Positions 62,001 to 64,000 of a stretch of 64,000 nt of DNA are shown one piece after another (position 1 is the stretch's first letter; each line of letters begins with the position of its first letter). The stretch comes from Phoronis australis (lineage: Eukaryota; Animalia; Phoronida), in NCBI GenBank assembly GCA_002633005.1, contig NMRA01000077.1, positions 434,001 to 498,000 of the forward strand. Direction: 5' to 3'. The translations under genes and the position numbers were made by a program. The notes under the pieces were generated by a model. The model was not told where the DNA came from. It searched no databases and saw only the letters and a list, made by a program, of their open reading frames with translations.

Positions 62001-62580
62001 AGTGGCAACCTTTTGAGGCAGCAAGTTATAGAACTGACCAGACAGAATGAAGAACTACGTAACAAGCATAGGTGAGTGTATGTCCATGTTTGCAAGGAAA
62101 CTAATTTAATTGGGTTTATGGTATGGTGGTTAAAGTCTTGGATCTGCTGTCTCGAAGTTGCGGGTTAATTTGTGATCTGACGAGCTATTATTTTGAGAAT
62201 CGTAGTGATGTTTCTTTCCACATAGTTCCAAATCGGCGCGAAAAATTGAGGATTAGTTTTCTAAAATTTTCTGACAAACCCATAAGAGCAAGCAGCTATG
62301 TGAATACTTCTGTATGTCATCAGTTGATACACCTTCTGGTGTTCGACTCATTTGTGGTTTGTGTTATGTACAGCGAGATTTGTTATTTTGTCACTGCCAA
62401 AGTGATGCTGTCTAATCAAAAATTACTGATAACTTAATTTTTTCTCCCTTCAGGCTTGAGATGGCTGAAATGCATTCGCACCGAGAGATGACAGGACAAC
62501 ATCTGCCCCAGCCATTGCTGCCCTCTGGTGATGAAGGGTCGGAACTACAGAAGGTGGAGCTACTCAACATGGACTTGCAG
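28945..62580 (+). CDS. GOLGA4: Golgin subfamily A member 4 (golgin-245/p230), spliced gene, 3'-partial
   Basis: N-terminus MFKKLKQKI, conserved KYRGKY and QSQDKAFRRISELKE, then a very long E/K/Q/L coiled coil. 21 phase-consistent GT-AG exons (7572 nt). No stop codon or GRIP domain yet, so the gene runs off the window. Confidence 0.93.
29450..32466. repeat. About 1.5-kb direct duplication bounded by N gaps (probable haplotype duplication)
   Basis: 29461-30981 is nearly identical to 31018-32466, with scattered substitutions. Ns at 29449 and 30982-31017. Confidence 0.88.
32807..33312. mobile_element. MITE, PIF/Harbinger-like
   Basis: Imperfect TIR AGAGCCTTTCATACT ... AATATAAAAGGGTCT (12/15), internal AGTATGAAC(G) x3, CpG-rich relative to the flanks. 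Confidence 0.5.
33503..33619 (+). CDS. GOLGA4: GOLGA4 exon 2 (SNSASDDAQTGTLVDLD...FSIGDDDE)
   Basis: Polypyrimidine tract plus TAG, GTAAAT donor, 117 nt, phase 0-0. Confidence 0.8.
34648..34944 (+). CDS. GOLGA4: GOLGA4 exon 3 (TKKSPSHSMTDVP...KYRGKYKQ)
   Basis: CACAG acceptor, GTTAGT donor, 297 nt. Confidence 0.88.
35793..35840 (+). CDS. GOLGA4: GOLGA4 exon 4 (ILNAYKELEKDRNKMK)
   Basis: TTCTAG acceptor, GTATGA donor, 48 nt. Confidence 0.85.
36240..36395 (+). CDS. GOLGA4: GOLGA4 exon 5 (ETLVQSQDKAFRRISELKE...IAALSTQ)
   Basis: GTCAG acceptor, CAG|GTATGA donor, 156 nt, conserved QSQDK..RRI.EL motif. Confidence 0.92.
36376..36820 (+). repeat. 27-bp minisatellite x about 16, containing the GOLGA4 exon 5 donor
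   Basis: Unit TAGCTGCACTCAGCACACAG|GTATGAC. The first copy is coding. Confidence 0.92.
37057..37191 (+). CDS. GOLGA4: GOLGA4 exon 6 (VRFLKQGKD...ALQEK)
   Basis: ATCAG acceptor, GTAAAA donor, 135 nt. Confidence 0.85.
37700..37840 (+). CDS. GOLGA4: GOLGA4 exon 7 (VKRLEVLLSKCKETI...KQAK)
   Basis: CTCAG acceptor, GTAACA donor, 141 nt. Confidence 0.9.
38531..38629 (+). CDS. GOLGA4: GOLGA4 exon 8 (SVGEETTKLKEQ...NLAE)
   Basis: TGCAG acceptor, GTTGGC donor, 99 nt. Confidence 0.85.
38949..39078 (+). CDS. GOLGA4: GOLGA4 exon 9 (VKQQMHHEMENK...LEKS)
   Basis: TCCAG acceptor, G|GTAAGT donor, phase 0-1. Confidence 0.9.
39422..39600 (+). CDS. GOLGA4: GOLGA4 exon 10 (QEQLEKSREII...TLMQ)
   Basis: TGCAG acceptor, GTTGGC donor, phase 1-0. 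Confidence 0.87.
39914..42216. repeat. 16-bp minisatellite plus about 380-bp flank, duplicated on both sides of a gap
   Basis: GAATAGT(G/C)TGTTGT(A/G)T arrays at 39914-40210 and 41522-41838, each followed by nearly the same unique sequence. N gap at 40588-41521. Confidence 0.88.
40588..41521. other. Assembly gap
   Basis: Run of N. Confidence 0.99.
42287..42394 (+). CDS. GOLGA4: GOLGA4 exon 11 (QQTEERLSQALQERDADW...LSKK)
   Basis: GACAG acceptor, GTACAG donor, 108 nt. An in-frame acceptor two codons later is also possible. Confidence 0.82.
42992..43171 (+). CDS. GOLGA4: GOLGA4 exon 12 (ERELEREYQQK...EEVKN)
   Basis: TGTAG acceptor, GTAATA donor (end less certain), 180 nt. Confidence 0.82.
45186..46722. 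mobile_element. Non-autonomous Kolobok-like DNA transposon spanning an assembly gap
   Basis: TTAA|GGTAGGTGTATACAC ... GTGTATCCACCTACC|TTAA: 15-bp TIR with 1 mismatch, TTAA on both sides, GG...CC termini. Confidence 0.7.
45635..46497. other. Assembly gap
   Basis: Run of N. Confidence 0.99.
46835..46975 (+). CDS. GOLGA4: GOLGA4 exon 13 (KNTELEQQMTQVKE...KCQK)
   Basis: TTTAG acceptor, AAG|GTACGA donor, 141 nt. Confidence 0.87.
46976..47325 (+). repeat. 21-bp minisatellite x about 17, starting exactly at the exon 13 donor
   Basis: Unit GTATGATATAGTCAGTACTGT. The first unit begins GTACGA at intron position +1. Confidence 0.92.
47785..49533 (+). CDS. GOLGA4: GOLGA4 large coiled-coil exon 14 (583 codons)
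   Basis: TTTTCAG acceptor, CAG|GTTTCT donor, within ORF 47785-49620. Confidence 0.92.
50534..53380 (+). CDS. GOLGA4: GOLGA4 large coiled-coil exon 15 (949 codons)
   Basis: TTTCAG acceptor, CAG|GTGAGT donor, overlaps ORF 50552-53410 in frame. Confidence 0.93.
53783..54180 (+). CDS. GOLGA4: GOLGA4 exon 16
   Basis: TCCAG acceptor, AA|GTGAGT donor, phase 0-2. Confidence 0.9.
54970..55127 (+). CDS. GOLGA4: GOLGA4 exon 17 (ETELAQVRKE...KEFNLKMAQKESEF...)
   Basis: CACAG acceptor, G|GTGAGT donor, phase 2-1. Confidence 0.88.
55528..55658 (+). CDS. GOLGA4: GOLGA4 exon 18
   Basis: TTCTAG acceptor, GTATTG donor, phase 1-0. Confidence 0.87.
55936..56324. repeat. 35-bp minisatellite x about 11
   Basis: Unit ATAGATACAAACAAGAGATACATCATGTGTCACCA. 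Confidence 0.92.
56667..56885 (+). CDS. GOLGA4: GOLGA4 exon 19 (DREKEYMTK...WDHERK)
   Basis: TTCCAG acceptor, GTGAGG donor, 219 nt. Confidence 0.9.
58264..58625. repeat. 26-bp / 18-bp mixed-unit minisatellite
   Basis: GTCACAAGGGTGTCCAGC with or without GTCACTAA. Confidence 0.9.
60561..60596 (+). CDS. GOLGA4: GOLGA4 candidate 36-nt cassette exon (PGSNQTGVVHEE)
   Basis: CCTTGTTTACAG acceptor, GAG|GTATCC donor, phase 0-0 inside a 5-kb phase-0 intron. Confidence 0.45.
61079..61494. repeat. 46-bp minisatellite x9
   Basis: Unit TGTTTGAGATCAGTCTCATTACATTGACTTGTCATGCCA(A/G)GTTATG. Confidence 0.93.
61947..62071 (+). CDS. GOLGA4: GOLGA4 exon 20 (ELVQQNQLALT...LRNKH)
   Basis: TTGCAG acceptor, AG|GTGAGT donor, phase 0-2. 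Confidence 0.87.
62454..62580 (+). CDS. GOLGA4: GOLGA4 exon 21 (LEMAEMHSHRE...NMDLQ), last exon visible
   Basis: Strong polypyrimidine tract plus CAG, phase 2-0, CAG|GTTTGT donor, open frame. Confidence 0.82.
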
Positions 62581-63672
62581 GTTTGTTGACTAACAAGTTA
62601 TGCATGCGCTGTGTTCAGCAGAACATTTTGCACACATAATGAATGTGTACATAACAGTCACCACTTGTCATAAAAGCGTGTCTGGAAAATTGTGGAAAAC
62701 TCATAGAAAAATTCAAAACACTAAAGAGGCAAATCATATTGTGTGAGTCAAATTGCTAATGTAATGACTTACATGGTCAAATTATATGCCTTCTGTGAGT
62801 TCGTATTCAGTTATAGTGAAAATTGTGACCTCAAATCTTATCGAAAATAGGTGAACCCATGTCACTTGTTATATGCATTCCAATGTTTTTGACTGCTGCA
62901 TGCAGGCTGGTTGTTTCAGTTTAGTTAGGTTGCACAAAAGGGGGTTGTTACAGTTTAGTTTGGTTGCATTGCAAGTTTTGCTGATGTACTATCAAGTTCA
63001 CAAGACAGTGCCTACCTATACATATGTGCTTGTATATTTCCGTTATTTCTGTCCGGGCATCTGACATCCACTACTGTGTCTGCTAAACCCTTGCTGGATC
63101 TTAATGAGATTTGGGAGATGTGTTGTTTTGAAGCCTGTGACAGGTGATGACGAGTTTCGCACTGATTCGAATACTAGTGTGACCCCTAGTGACAATTTTA
63201 TATTTTTACGTTAACTTTGCCTCTGTATCTTCGGAGTGCTTGATGATATGAAATTTTGCAAATAGGTTTTTATTAAGGAAACGGGCATCTTCTCATTTGT
63301 GTACAGATTTACCAATGAGGCCTTTCCATTATTGGATATGTTTGGCTTATTTTGTGCCATCTAGTGGCCATTTTTTAACTTATAAACACCCCTAGAAGCA
63401 TGAAGCATAATACTTGCAGTGTAGTCTTGGGGATATTTCAAAGCTTGGCGTTGCTCTTGTATTCGGATTTGTGGCGGTTTTGCCTGCAGTTTTCTTCATG
63501 CAGTACAACTGAATGGAGATGGGAGTCAAGGTTTTATATTAACTTATTATTTATATTCTTTCATCCATTTTAAAATGAGATGAACATTTTGTTGATATGT
63601 GGTCTGGTTTTGTGGAAAGAATTTCTATTGTCAATGCTACATGCTGCATGTTGGTGAAGGACAGTTGTCTCC

Positions 63673-64000
63673 CTAAAATTTTGTAGAAAACTTATAGACT
63701 GTCCGATATCTGTATGTTGACCCCGGCCGCAGCACCGAATCAGGGAATTTTGCAACATAGGCAAAACTATCAGGATAGTTCTGCGGCCTCATACAGAAAC
63801 CTGAGAACTTCCTGTATGCTGTATTGCCCTTACCCCTGGTGTTGAGCTTGTGTCCCGTGTTGAAACCCAGTCCAGGCTGGTCAGAGTACACCTCCATGTA
63901 ACGACCTGTGGTCTTGTCAAATGCGCTGGCCGCCCTCCTCATTCCCGGGGCACCGAGTATGCAGTAAGTCTCCTCCACACCCCTCATCTCCACGGATGTT
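63673..64000 (-). CDS. GALM-like: Aldose 1-epimerase / galactose mutarotase-like protein, C-terminal part (5'-partial), catalytic residues diverged
   Basis: TGRYMEVYSDQPGLGFNTG...KGNTAYRKFSGFCMRPQNYPDS...FPDSVLRPGSTYRYRTVYKFS aligns with the recalled GALM SGRVLEVYTTQPGVQFYTG...KHSGFCLETQNWPDA...LRPGEEYDHTTWFKFS. The frame is open to the window edge. Confidence 0.88.
   Translation of the reverse strand, partial: TSVEMRGVEETYCILGAPGMRRAASAFDKTTGRYMEVYSDQPGLGFNTGHKLNTRGKGNTAYRKFSGFCMRPQNYPDSFAYVAKFPDSVLRPGSTYRYRTVYKFSTKF

Overview
This is eukaryotic, AT-rich, intron-rich animal DNA, probably from an invertebrate bilaterian, in a gapped draft assembly. It is not prokaryotic, and most short ORFs in the supplied track are noise. 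(1) A complete LRRFIP2 (LRRFIP1/2 family) gene lies on the minus strand, with 10 core coding exons from 28413 down to 3116 (about 405 aa by my splicing). It also has a candidate cassette exon, a candidate mutually exclusive exon and a candidate alternative terminal exon. (2) GOLGA4/golgin-245 lies on the plus strand from ATG 28945. I traced 21 coding exons (about 2,520 codons), and the gene continues past the window because the GRIP domain has not been reached. The two genes are head-to-head, with 531 bp between their ATGs and CRE, ETS, NRF1 and kB-like motifs in between. (3) The C-terminal part of an aldose 1-epimerase (GALM)-like gene lies antisense inside a GOLGA4 intron, with the catalytic glutamate replaced by arginine. 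The introns contain many minisatellites (three seeded at splice donors), several MITE or non-autonomous DNA transposons (one Kolobok-like with TTAA target sites), and three gap-flanked duplications that look like uncollapsed haplotypes. All coordinates were read by eye and no database search was run.
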